From: Bacilli bacterium
Lineage (GTDB): Bacteria; Bacillota_I; Bacilli_A; RF39; UBA660
Direction of reading: 5' to 3'
Length of the DNA: 64,000 bases
Assembly (NCBI GenBank): GCA_051872635.1
Contig: JBJEEA010000005.1
Location: 77 to 64,076, forward strand
A program made the translations under genes and the position numbers. Below, piece by piece: positions 33,532 to 43,063 of this stretch (its first letter is position 1; the number at the start of each line of letters is the position of its first letter). The notes below the pieces were generated by a model. It saw only the letters and a program-made list of their open reading frames with translations, searched no databases and had not been told where the DNA came from.

Positions 33532-34155
33532 ATGAAAAAAGCTTTATTATTAATTGCTATAATTATTATTCTATCAGGTTGTGGAAGCAATGAAACATTA
33601 ACATGTACTACTAGTAATAAGCTTGGTACTTTATCATCAAATTCCACTTATAAAATAGATTATCGAGATAATGATGTAAAAAAACTAACTATTACTTACG
33701 AATATAAAGATAATCATACTGATGGAGTAGGAACAGGAACCGATGGTACAACAAATGATAATGATAACAACAATAATAATACAACTAATGCTAACAATAA
33801 TGATAACAACAATAATAATACAACTAATAATAATACAACAAATAATGTAGAAGATAATGATGGTATTATAGATGGTGTTGTTGGTGAAGCATTAGATGAT
33901 GTTGTAACTGGAGTAACTGATGGAATTCTTGATATTGCTGGTATCAAAGCAAGGCATAACAATAGATTTGGAACATATACTAATACAGAAGGATTTACAA
34001 CTAATATAGACACTGATAATGATAATGATTATAAAGTAACTTATACTTATGATTTGTCAAAATTATCAGATGCTGATTTAGCAAAATTTGGTATCAGTAG
34101 AGATTTCAACACTCAAAAGAATACATATACAAATCAAGGCTTAACTTGTAAATAG
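33532..34155 (+). CDS. Lipoprotein with an Asn/Thr/Asp low-complexity insert
   Basis: Lipobox LSGC at aa 14-17. Central NDNDNNNNNTTNANNNDNNNNNTTNNNTTNN tract. Confidence 0.65.
   Translation: MKKALLLIAIIIILSGCGSNETLTCTTSNKLGTLSSNSTYKIDYRDNDVKKLTITYEYKDNHTDGVGTGTDGTTNDNDNNNNNTTNANNNDNNNNNTTNNNTTNNVEDNDGIIDGVVGEALDDVVTGVTDGILDIAGIKARHNNRFGTYTNTEGFTTNIDTDNDNDYKVTYTYDLSKLSDADLAKFGISRDFNTQKNTYTNQGLTCK
33763..33828 (+). repeat. Perfect 27-nt direct repeat with 39-nt period inside the lipoprotein gene
   Basis: GATAACAACAATAATAATACAACTAAT at 33763-33789 and 33802-33828. The period is in frame (13 codons). Confidence 0.85.
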
Positions 34156-34271
34156 TTAAGTTTTTTCATTATATCTATTTGTAAGTATAATAAAAAATCT
34201 TCATAAATACTATTGAAAATATTTTATGGAAATGTTATCATTAAAATGAGAGGAGAAATTGAGAATATAAG

Positions 34272-35024
34272 ATGAAAAATAATAAAAAAATTATAGTTGT
34301 TACAATTGTATTAAGTATATTGGTTATTATAATGGGAAGTTTCATAATTTATGATAAGTTTATAAAAGATAACGACAATACACAAATCAATAACAGTAAT
34401 GAAAATGATAATAATAATGACGTTAGCTTAACAGTAGAAGATAGTTATGTAAATATAAATATTAACTATTCTGGAGAATATATCGATTTAAACAAATATA
34501 TTAAAGAATTTAATGATAATGAAGATTATAAAAATAAATTATTAAATATTGTTGTTTCGAAAATAAATATTGGAGAAAAATATTATACATTTAAATTAAA
34601 TAATCATCCTCAAGATTGCTTAAAAGTATTGGCAGAAGAAGAAACATATAATGATAATTATAATTTATTTTACATTAATGATAAAAAAATTTATCAGTGG
34701 AATAACCAATCCTGTTATTTAGAAATGGTAAAATTTATAACTGTCATTGACAATAAATATATTGGCATATATTTTGAAGGACAAGGCGGTAACTATATGA
34801 AAGTATATGATGAAAATATTGAATTAGTTGATGAATTAGAAGCTAAATCCATATCGATAGTCGATGGGGAAATAAATTTTACTGATTATGAAAAAGACGA
34901 TAAAGAGTGCAAACTTAACACTTATCTATATGAAATTTCTGATGGAAAACCTACTAAAACATTAAAAGAAAGGGGAACTGAATCATATTGCAATCAAATG
35001 ACAGGAGAAGGTTGCTGTAAATAA
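34272..35024 (+). CDS. N-terminally anchored hypothetical protein
   Basis: TM IIVVTIVLSILVIIMGSFIIY, 250 aa, C-terminal Cys cluster (CNQMTGEGCC). No family recognised. Confidence 0.5.
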   Translation: MKNNKKIIVVTIVLSILVIIMGSFIIYDKFIKDNDNTQINNSNENDNNNDVSLTVEDSYVNININYSGEYIDLNKYIKEFNDNEDYKNKLLNIVVSKINIGEKYYTFKLNNHPQDCLKVLAEEETYNDNYNLFYINDKKIYQWNNQSCYLEMVKFITVIDNKYIGIYFEGQGGNYMKVYDENIELVDELEAKSISIVDGEINFTDYEKDDKECKLNTYLYEISDGKPTKTLKERGTESYCNQMTGEGCCK

Positions 35025-35040
35025 AATATATTTAACTAAA

Positions 35041-35081
35041 AAAGATAATATAGAATTTAGAAATCTATATTATCTTTTTTT
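35041..35081 (+). terminator. Rho-independent terminator
   Basis: AGATAATATAG / CTATATTATCT stem followed by TTTTTT. Confidence 0.65.
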
Positions 35082-35157
35082 CTATATAATATTTATTAAT
35101 TGTTATTTTCTCTAATTTATGATAAAATTATATTATATAAGAATAAGGAGGATATAT

Positions 35158-38100
35158 ATGACGAGTTATAAGACAATGGATGGTAATGAGGCCGTAGCAA
35201 GAGTAGCATATAAATTCACCGAAGTGGCAGGAATTTATCCTATTACCCCAGCTTCTCCTATGGCCGAAAAAATAGATGTATTAAGTAGTAACAATGAAAT
35301 AAATTTTTGGGGAAATAAAGTTAAAGTAGTTGAAATGCAATCCGAGGCAGGAGCCATAGCTCTAGTACATGGATCTCTTCAAAGTGGCGTGCTTGCCAGT
35401 TCTTTTACTGCAAGTCAAGGGCTTCTTTTAATGATTCCCACTCTTTATAAATTAGCAGGCGAAATGCTTCCTGGCGTTATTCACGTTGCCGCTAGAAGCT
35501 TATCTACTCATGCTCTTAGTATCTTTGGCGATCATCAAGACATTTATGCCGTAAGGCAAACTGGTGTATGTATGTTATCATCTTCTTCTGTTGAAGAAGC
35601 ATACCATATGGCTATGGTAGCCCATTTATCTAGTATTAAATCATCTCTTCCTTTTATTCATTTTTTTGATGGCTTTCGTACTAGCCATGAGATAGATAAA
35701 ATAAAAGAAATCGACTTATCTAAAGTGGAAACATTAATTGATAAGAAAGCCTTAAAAGAATTCCGTGAAAGAGGTATGCAAAATAGTAAACCAAATATCA
35801 GGGGAACTGCACAAAATGACGATATTTACTTTCAGAATACCGAAGCCAGAAATAGATCTTATGAAGAAACAATCGATATTGTTGAGTCTTACATGAATAA
35901 AATAAATAAATTAACTAAAAAAAATTATAGCTTATTTGACTATTACGGCAGTGAAAAAGCAACTAGTATAATTATCGCGATGGGATCAGTATCTAGTACC
36001 ATTGAAGAAACTGTTGATAGATTAAATAAAGAAGGATATAAAGTAGGATTTGTTAAAGTTCATTTATATCGTCCCTTTAGTATAAAACATTTACTTAATG
36101 TAATACCTAAGACAGTAAAAGAAGTAGCTGTATTAGATAGAACTAAAGAAGCTGGCTCTAGTGGAGAACCACTATACTTAGATGTTGTAAATGCTTTAAA
36201 AGATACCAATATTAATGTAATCGGAGGAAGATATGGTTTATCATCTAAAAATACAACTCCTGCTATGATAAAAGCTGTTTTTGATAACTTACAAAATGAG
36301 AAAAAAAATCATTTTACAATTGGTATTAATGATGATGTCACAAATCTAAGCTTAGATTTTGATAATAGTTTTAAATTCGATAATAATAATTATCAAATGT
36401 TAATATATGGCTATGGATCTGATGGCATGGTATCAACATCAAAAGATATTCTAAAGATAATAGGGGATAATACTGATAAATATGTCCAAGGTTATTTTCA
36501 GTATGATTCCAAAAAATCCGGTGGTGTAACAAGAAGTCATCTAAGAATATCTCCTTCTGAAATAAAGAGTACTTATTACATAGATAATCCAGATTTTATT
36601 ATAGTATCTAAAGATACTTATATGTATAAATATGATATCTTAGATAAGCTAAAAGATAACGGAATCCTTTTTTTAAATACTAATCTTGATGAAGAAAAAC
36701 TAATTAAATCACTTCCTAATAAAGTAAAAAAATTACTTGCTACTAAAAAAGCTAAATTTTATATAATAGATGCTTATAAACTAGCAAATGATTTAGGTTT
36801 AAAAAATAAAATAAATACCTGTATGGAAACCTGTATTTTTAAAATAATGAATTTATATGATATGAAGAAAATAATAGCCATTATGAAGAGTAATAACGAA
36901 AATAGATTTTCTTCTAAAGGTCAGAATATTATTGATATCAATAACAAAATAATTGATAATTCATTAACTTATCTAAAAGAAATAAAAGTCGATGAGTCAT
37001 GGCGAGAATTGGAGTATAAGGATAATAAGAAATTAAACTTTATGGATACAGTAAACCTCTTAAAAGGAGATACACTTCCAGTAAGTAGTTTTCTAGATAA
37101 AAAGTCTGGTATATTCCCTTCTGGTACCACTAAGGAAGAAAAGAGAAACATCGCCGAAAATATTCCTAATTGGATACCAGAAAATTGTATACAGTGTAAT
37201 CAATGTGTATTTTCTTGTCCACATGCTGTTATAAGGCCTTTCCTATTAAATAATAAAGATGATAAAGTAAAATCAATACCATCTATTATGCCTAAAGATA
37301 AAGAATTTGCTATTGGAATTAATTACGAACAGTGTACTGGTTGTGGTGTTTGTGCTGTAACTTGTCCTGGTCGTCAAGGACAAAAAGCTCTCGAAATGAT
37401 TCCAAATAATAGAAAAGATAGGGATTTCGATTATCTATTAAATAATAATACCAATAATTCATATGATTCAAAACTATTAAATGTTAAAAGTATTGGCTTC
37501 AAAGAACCAAAATTTGAGTATTCTGGAGCTTGTGCCGGATGTGGTGAAACACCATATCTAACTAATTTAACTAGAGTATTTAATGACAATCTAATAATAG
37601 CTAATGCCACAGGTTGTTCTTCCATATATGGCTCTTCTGTTCCTAGCATGCCATATAGCGTACCTTGGGCTAGTTCTCTATTTGAAGATAACTCTGAATA
37701 TGGCTATGGCATACTAACCGGTATTAATATAAAAAGAGATAAAATAAGAAAATATATGAAAGAATATCCTAAAAATAAGACTTTCAAAAAGTGGCTTGAA
37801 AATAGTGAAAATTACGAAATATGCAAAGAAGTATCTGATAGTATAGATTACAGAAAGCATCCATATCTTTTAGATATGCAAGATTATATTATTCCTAAAA
37901 GCGTATGGATTGTGGGTGGAGATGGTTTTGCCTATGATATAGGTTATGGCGGACTTGATCATATCTTATCAAAAAATGAAAACATCAACATCTTAGTACT
38001 AGATACTGAAGTATATTCAAATACTGGTGGACAATCATCTAAATCATCTAATTTAGGTTCTATCGCTTCCTTTACATCGCATGGAAAAGATAACTATAAA

Positions 38101-38532
38101 AAAGATCTAGCCCGAATTGCTATGTGCTATCCTAATTGCTATGTAGCATGCACCAATATCGGTTATAATAAAGAACAGTATCTCAAAGTATTAAAAGAAG
38201 CTTCAGAACATAATGGACCATCTCTAGTAATAGCATACTCTCCTTGTATTGAGCATGGAATAAAAACTGGTATGGAGCATTCGCAATCTAATGGCTATTT
38301 AGCTACTAAATGTGGTTATTTCTTGACATTTAGGTATAACCCAAATACATCAAAACTAATTTTAGATTCTAAAGAACCTGATTTTACTAAATATGAAGAT
38401 TATTTAATGACTGAGAATAGATTCGCTAATTTGAAGAGAGTAAATAAAGATAATGCTAGTAACATTTTAGAAAGCCAAAAGAAATGGGCTATAGATAGAT
38501 ATAATTATTATAAAAAACTAAGTGAGGAATGA
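35158..38532 (+). CDS. nifJ: Pyruvate:ferredoxin (flavodoxin) oxidoreductase, single-polypeptide PFOR
   Basis: RBS AAGGAGG. MDGNEAVARVAYKFTEVAGIYPITPASPM, two 4Fe-4S motifs (CIQCNQCVFSCP, CTGCGVCAVTCP), TPP region GGDGFAYDIGYGGLDH. Confidence 0.9.
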   Translation: MTSYKTMDGNEAVARVAYKFTEVAGIYPITPASPMAEKIDVLSSNNEINFWGNKVKVVEMQSEAGAIALVHGSLQSGVLASSFTASQGLLLMIPTLYKLAGEMLPGVIHVAARSLSTHALSIFGDHQDIYAVRQTGVCMLSSSSVEEAYHMAMVAHLSSIKSSLPFIHFFDGFRTSHEIDKIKEIDLSKVETLIDKKALKEFRERGMQNSKPNIRGTAQNDDIYFQNTEARNRSYEETIDIVESYMNKINKLTKKNYSLFDYYGSEKATSIIIAMGSVSSTIEETVDRLNKEGYKVGFVKVHLYRPFSIKHLLNVIPKTVKEVAVLDRTKEAGSSGEPLYLDVVNALKDTNINVIGGRYGLSSKNTTPAMIKAVFDNLQNEKKNHFTIGINDDVTNLSLDFDNSFKFDNNNYQMLIYGYGSDGMVSTSKDILKIIGDNTDKYVQGYFQYDSKKSGGVTRSHLRISPSEIKSTYYIDNPDFIIVSKDTYMYKYDILDKLKDNGILFLNTNLDEEKLIKSLPNKVKKLLATKKAKFYIIDAYKLANDLGLKNKINTCMETCIFKIMNLYDMKKIIAIMKSNNENRFSSKGQNIIDINNKIIDNSLTYLKEIKVDESWRELEYKDNKKLNFMDTVNLLKGDTLPVSSFLDKKSGIFPSGTTKEEKRNIAENIPNWIPENCIQCNQCVFSCPHAVIRPFLLNNKDDKVKSIPSIMPKDKEFAIGINYEQCTGCGVCAVTCPGRQGQKALEMIPNNRKDRDFDYLLNNNTNNSYDSKLLNVKSIGFKEPKFEYSGACAGCGETPYLTNLTRVFNDNLIIANATGCSSIYGSSVPSMPYSVPWASSLFEDNSEYGYGILTGINIKRDKIRKYMKEYPKNKTFKKWLENSENYEICKEVSDSIDYRKHPYLLDMQDYIIPKSVWIVGGDGFAYDIGYGGLDHILSKNENINILVLDTEVYSNTGGQSSKSSNLGSIASFTSHGKDNYKKDLARIAMCYPNCYVACTNIGYNKEQYLKVLKEASEHNGPSLVIAYSPCIEHGIKTGMEHSQSNGYLATKCGYFLTFRYNPNTSKLILDSKEPDFTKYEDYLMTENRFANLKRVNKDNASNILESQKKWAIDRYNYYKKLSEE

Positions 38533-38587
38533 GGAATAAGTATGAGCAAAGTAGAAAAAAGAAAAAAGTTAAAGGAAATAAGTGCTA

Positions 38588-39934
38588 ATGGAAAGAAGTA
38601 GAGAAAGAGAAGAGTTACTTAAAAATATAGCTTTGCTATATCAAGATGCTCCTGAACCTGATGATAGATTAATTAGTAATTATATAAACTTATCCAACAG
38701 TACTAGTGAAAATCTCCTTGGTACACAAACTAAAATAAGAAATAATTACATAAAAGAGGAGAAAAAAAACAAATTAAAAATTGCTCCTTATCCTAACTTT
38801 CTTGTTATAGATACGCCAAATAGTGAAGGACGTTATACCAACACTTTCACTATGGACGACGGTATTAAAATATATATTCCAGTTGATTCCTCAAAGATGT
38901 ATAAAGTAGCTACGAGTATATTAGACTTTATTATTAAGAAAAAAATACCTGCTCAATTTAAAATGAGAAATATTCTTGCTAATGATGCTTTAACAATAAG
39001 ATGTTCAAGTAAAGAAGATATAGATCAAATAATAGAATATATAAATAAAAAGATTATAAAAGATATAAATACCAGTAAAATTAATCCGTTTATACCAGTA
39101 GTAGAAGGAATAAATGCTTGCGTTGACGGTCAAGTATCTTATAATAGAGTACTTGCTAGACTTTTAGATAGTTATTTATATGATAAAAAATTATCTGGTA
39201 CTATAACAAATGTCTCAGTAAAAGAATTTTCTGATTTTGTTGGAAAAGAAATAAACAATCTTCAGAGTAGAAATTGGCATTATTACTTTTTACTATATAA
39301 AATTAACAATATGCGAATGTATCAAGATTTTATTTTGGTAGCGAGTATGATAAAAGATAATATAAATACCAAAGTGTCACTCGATGATATTGAGAATTAT
39401 CAAAAAGCAAAAAAATTCAAGCCTGGTGATAAATTTGAATATAGCTCTAAAGAAATGGAAGAAATAAAGAAGAAAGCATTGCGAGAAATATTAATATATC
39501 TAAAAAATTTCTATGATGCTGATGACAGCATTAATAATAGTATAGAATATTTACATAGAGTAATGATGGAATATATAAGTATGAATAACCTCAAAGGGTT
39601 TACTAGAAATAATAAAGTAAGAAATGTAATAAATAGATATTATCCCAATGATATTTTTAAAAAGTACGTTACTGAAATGGGATATGATACCTTGATTAAT
39701 GTCGCATTAGAGACTAAATTAAAATATGGTAATGACCAGTTAAAAGGAGCACTATGTAAATTAATGAAGGAAGGAAAATTATCTGGATTTACTAACGAAA
39801 AAGGTCTTCGAAGTGAACTAGGGTTTATTATTCCTTCAGATCTTTTAGTTGAAACATTAAAAATAAGTACTATAAATGGGAGAAATTTATTTGAAGATAT
39901 AATAGTAGAAGAACCAAAGAGAGGTAGAAAATGA
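38588..39934 (+). CDS. Hypothetical 448-aa cytoplasmic protein
   Basis: Long ORF with no TM or catalytic motif that I recognise. Start placed at the ATG (MERSRE); the track uses the GTG at 38582. Confidence 0.5.
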   Translation: MERSREREELLKNIALLYQDAPEPDDRLISNYINLSNSTSENLLGTQTKIRNNYIKEEKKNKLKIAPYPNFLVIDTPNSEGRYTNTFTMDDGIKIYIPVDSSKMYKVATSILDFIIKKKIPAQFKMRNILANDALTIRCSSKEDIDQIIEYINKKIIKDINTSKINPFIPVVEGINACVDGQVSYNRVLARLLDSYLYDKKLSGTITNVSVKEFSDFVGKEINNLQSRNWHYYFLLYKINNMRMYQDFILVASMIKDNINTKVSLDDIENYQKAKKFKPGDKFEYSSKEMEEIKKKALREILIYLKNFYDADDSINNSIEYLHRVMMEYISMNNLKGFTRNNKVRNVINRYYPNDIFKKYVTEMGYDTLINVALETKLKYGNDQLKGALCKLMKEGKLSGFTNEKGLRSELGFIIPSDLLVETLKISTINGRNLFEDIIVEEPKRGRK

Positions 39935-40067
39935 CAAATATTTTCTACTCTCTTTTTTTGACAAATTTATCTATTTGTGATAAAATTATATTGCTTGAAA
40001 AGAAATTCATTTTAAATTGACAAAGTATTCTTTTTTTGAGATAATTTTATTATAGAGGTGATATCAA

Positions 40068-40394
40068 ATGTATAAAGACAGAATTACATTGACAATGCAA
40101 GATATTTTAGAGAAAGAATTTAAAATAGATGCTAGAGGTTATAGACCACAAGAAGTCGACAAATTTCTTGATATAATTATTAAGGACTATAATGAATATA
40201 ATAATATTATTAGAGGCTTAGAAAAAGATAAAAAAGTTCTACTGGAAGAAAATAGTAATCTAAGAAATGAAGTTAGAAATCTAAAATCAAGTATTGAAGC
40301 CGCTAAAATAGGCGAAAAAGAAATAACAAATGTTGACTTATTAAGAAGAATTTCACAGCTAGAAAAAATAATTTTAGGAAAAGAACAACAATAA
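40068..40394 (+). CDS. gpsB: Cell-cycle protein GpsB (DivIVA-domain)
   Basis: DILEKEFKIDARGYRPQEVDKFLDIIIKDYNEY parallels B. subtilis GpsB. ~108 aa. Followed by rnpB, as in B. subtilis. Confidence 0.85.
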   Translation: MYKDRITLTMQDILEKEFKIDARGYRPQEVDKFLDIIIKDYNEYNNIIRGLEKDKKVLLEENSNLRNEVRNLKSSIEAAKIGEKEITNVDLLRRISQLEKIILGKEQQ

Positions 40395-40740
40395 TTTAAT
40401 CTGGGTAAATGCTGCATTAACATGTAGAGGAAAGTCCATGCTCGCACTATCTGCGATGATAGTAGTGTTTGTGCTTAGGAAAAAAATAACCTAAGGCAGG
40501 AAACTGACGGCTCTTTTTTACCTAAAGAATTCCATGGTAAAAAAGTATAAAAGTGCCACAGAGACGATTTATTTAGAAATAAATAAAGTGAAACGAGGTA
40601 AACCCCACAAGCGAGAAACCCAAATTATGGTAGGGGAATTTCTTAAAGAGAATTTGAATCCGAGAGAAAATGATATTAATCATAGATAAATATTTACCGC
40701 CTAGCGATAGGTACAGAACATGGCTTATAAGATTAATTTA
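40393..40740 (+). ncRNA. rnpB: RNase P RNA (type B, Bacillus-like, ~350 nt)
   Basis: GGGTAAATGCTGCA...GTAGAGGAAAGTCCATGCTCGCAC, GTGCCACAGAGACGA, GGTAAACCCCACAAGCGAGAAACCCAAAT, ACAGAACATGGCTTA. Ends approximate. Confidence 0.85.
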
Positions 40741-40755
40741 TTATTAAGGAGATTT

Positions 40756-41226
40756 ATGAAAAATATTGGATTGAAATTAAAAAATAAAAGGGAAGAAAAC
40801 GGTCTTACAATTGAAGAAGTAGCAGAAGACCTTAAAATGCGACCTATACAAATATCTAGTATTGAAGAAGGTAAAATAGAAGACTTTAAAGATGTTTTTT
40901 ATTTAAAGTATTTTATTCGTGATTATGCCAAATATTTAGGATTAGATAGTGAAAAAATATTAGATGAATTTAACGAATATTTATTTGATAAAACTTCAAA
41001 AATACCGGTAGATTTAATTGAAGAAGCAAAAAAAGAAAAAAAAGATGAAGAGAGAGAAACCACTTCACCATATACTAAAGATACTAAGAAAAAAGTAAAA
41101 GTTCCTAAGATGTTAATAGGCATTTTAGTTATTATTGTTCTAATAGTGATAGGATACATAATAGTAAGCAACTATAAAGGCAATGATTTTAGTAGTAATA
41201 ATATAACATACAGTATAAGGAGATAA
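40756..41226 (+). CDS. RodZ-like HTH membrane protein
   Basis: RBS AAGGAGA. N-terminal HTH (IGLKLKNKREENGLTIEEVAEDLKMRP), a charged linker and one TM. Lies upstream of pgsA as ymfM/rodZ does in B. subtilis. Confidence 0.6.
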   Translation: MKNIGLKLKNKREENGLTIEEVAEDLKMRPIQISSIEEGKIEDFKDVFYLKYFIRDYAKYLGLDSEKILDEFNEYLFDKTSKIPVDLIEEAKKEKKDEERETTSPYTKDTKKKVKVPKMLIGILVIIVLIVIGYIIVSNYKGNDFSSNNITYSIRR

Positions 41227-41228
41227 AA

Positions 41229-41822
41229 ATGAATAAAGCCAATAAAATAACAATTTCTAGGATAATATTATCTATAATAATAATTGCATTAATGCTTTTT
41301 CCATTTGATGAAGTAGGAGTAGATTTTCCAACTTTTTTGCTTCAAGGAAAAATATTAATAGATGTAAAATACATAATTGTCGGAGTATTATTTGTAATTG
41401 CTTCACTTACAGATTTCCTAGATGGATATGTTGCTAGAAAATATAATATGGTAACAGATTTTGGTAAGATGGTCGATGCCATATCCGACAAACTTCTTAC
41501 TAATTCTGTTTTAATAATATTAGCTTGTAATGGAAGAATATCCACTTTTGTTACTGTAGTAATAGTAATGCGCGATATCGTTGTTGACTCAATTAAAATG
41601 ATTATTGGAAACAAAGGTGCTGCTGTTGCTGCTATAAAAATAGCTAAGGTAAAAACAGCAACTCTTATGATCGGCTTAACACTGACACTATTTTATAACT
41701 TACCATTTGAATTAATACCACTACGTGTATCAGACTTCTTACTTGCACTTTCTGCTATTTTATCAGTAATATCTGGGGTAAAATACTATATAATGGCAAA
41801 ACCATACTTACAAGATAGATAA
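41229..41822 (+). CDS. pgsA: CDP-diacylglycerol--glycerol-3-phosphate 3-phosphatidyltransferase
   Basis: NKITISRIIL..., CDP-alcohol motif DFLDGYVARKYNMVTDFGKMVDAISDKL. Confidence 0.85.
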   Translation: MNKANKITISRIILSIIIIALMLFPFDEVGVDFPTFLLQGKILIDVKYIIVGVLFVIASLTDFLDGYVARKYNMVTDFGKMVDAISDKLLTNSVLIILACNGRISTFVTVVIVMRDIVVDSIKMIIGNKGAAVAAIKIAKVKTATLMIGLTLTLFYNLPFELIPLRVSDFLLALSAILSVISGVKYYIMAKPYLQDR

Positions 41823-41878
41823 TACTATATGTATTATTTATTTTTACAAAAAAACACGAACAAATGTATCAAAAAGTA

Positions 41879-41907
41879 TTGACACAATAAAAAAAATATT
41901 GTAAAAT
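41879..41907 (+). promoter_or_regulatory. Consensus-like sigma-A promoter of recA
   Basis: TTGACA, 17-nt spacer, TAAAAT; ~40 nt upstream of the recA ATG. Confidence 0.5.
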
Positions 41908-41947
41908 AATATTGTAATTAAGGAAAGCATAAGAAAGAGAGGAAATT

Positions 41948-43006
41948 ATGGCAAAAATAGTAGAAAAAGATGCTGCTCTTGCCCAAGTATTAGCAGATAT
42001 TGAAAAGCAATTCGGTAAAGGAGCAATAATGAAATTAGGAGAACAGGAACATAAGGAAGTTGAAGTATCCCCAAGTGGATCACTTAGCTTAGATATAGCT
42101 TTAGGTGTAGGTGGCTATCCTAAAGGAAGAATAATAGAAATATATGGGCCAGAATCTTCAGGAAAAACAACTTTTGCTCTTCATGCTATAGCAGAAGTTC
42201 AAAAAGAAGGTGGTAGAGCCGCTTTTATTGACGCCGAGCATTCATTAGATCCTATATACGCTCATAACTTAGGTGTAAATACAGATGAATTATTATTATC
42301 CCAGCCAGATACTGGAGAGCAAGCTTTAGAAATATGTGATGCTTTAGTTAAAAGTGAAGCCGTTTCAATAATTGTCATCGATTCAGTAGCAGCTCTAGTG
42401 CCACAAGCTGAAATAGATGGTGAAATGGGTGATTCTCACGTTGGTCTTCAAGCTAGACTTATGAGTCAGGCTTTAAGAAAATTATCTGGATCAATAAATA
42501 AGACCAAGACAATAGTTATATTCATAAATCAGTTAAGAGAAAAAGTAGGTGTTATGTTTGGTAATCCCGAAACTACTCCAGGAGGGAAGGCTTTAAAATA
42601 TTATTCTTCAGTTAGATTAGATATCAGAAGAGGAGAACAATTAAAACAAGGATCTGATGTAATTGGAAACAAAACTACTATTAAAGTTGTAAAAAACAAA
42701 GTAGCACCACCATTTAAAACAGCTATCGTTGATATCATGTATGGTGAAGGTGTTTCTAAAGAAGGTGAATTATTAGACTTAGCTTCAGAAATAGGAATAG
42801 TAGAAAAAAGCGGTGCATGGTATGCATATAAAGGTGATAAAATTGGTCAAGGAAAAGAAAATGCTAAAATTTTCTTAAAAGATAATAAGCTAATAGAGGA
42901 TGAAATAGAAGAAAAAGTTCGTGAGCACTATAATATATCCAAAAATAAAAAAACTAAAAAAGAAGAAAAACAAACTAAAAAACAAAAAAGCGAAGAAGAG
43001 GAATAA
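41948..43006 (+). CDS. recA: Recombinase RecA
   Basis: [11 protein letters not shown], Walker [54 protein letters not shown]. Confidence 0.97.
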   Translation: MAKIVEKDAALAQVLADIEKQFGKGAIMKLGEQEHKEVEVSPSGSLSLDIALGVGGYPKGRIIEIYGPESSGKTTFALHAIAEVQKEGGRAAFIDAEHSLDPIYAHNLGVNTDELLLSQPDTGEQALEICDALVKSEAVSIIVIDSVAALVPQAEIDGEMGDSHVGLQARLMSQALRKLSGSINKTKTIVIFINQLREKVGVMFGNPETTPGGKALKYYSSVRLDIRRGEQLKQGSDVIGNKTTIKVVKNKVAPPFKTAIVDIMYGEGVSKEGELLDLASEIGIVEKSGAWYAYKGDKIGQGKENAKIFLKDNKLIEDEIEEKVREHYNISKNKKTKKEEKQTKKQKSEEEE

Positions 43007-43063
43007 AAAAATATAATATTCCTTTTTTGATGTTAATATGTTAAAATATATATGGGTGAAAAT

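Noticed and set aside
33721-33850. Possible CRISPR or other non-coding repeat array suggested by repeated AAT/AAC-rich DNA
   Set aside because: The repeats lie inside an intact lipoprotein ORF and encode an Asn/Thr tract. No repeat-spacer periodicity or cas genes occur anywhere in the window.
40187-40447. 86-aa minus-strand ORF, and the first 12 codons of the 40720 ORF
   Set aside because: The first is antisense to gpsB and overlaps the 5' end of RNase P RNA. The second overlaps the 3' end of RNase P RNA. The RodZ-like gene has a proper RBS and ATG at 40756.
41857-41870. LexA (Cheo) box upstream of recA
   Set aside because: CGAACAAATGTATC matches only the first half-site (GAAC) well, and it lies upstream of the -35 rather than overlapping the promoter. 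That is too weak to annotate as a regulatory site.
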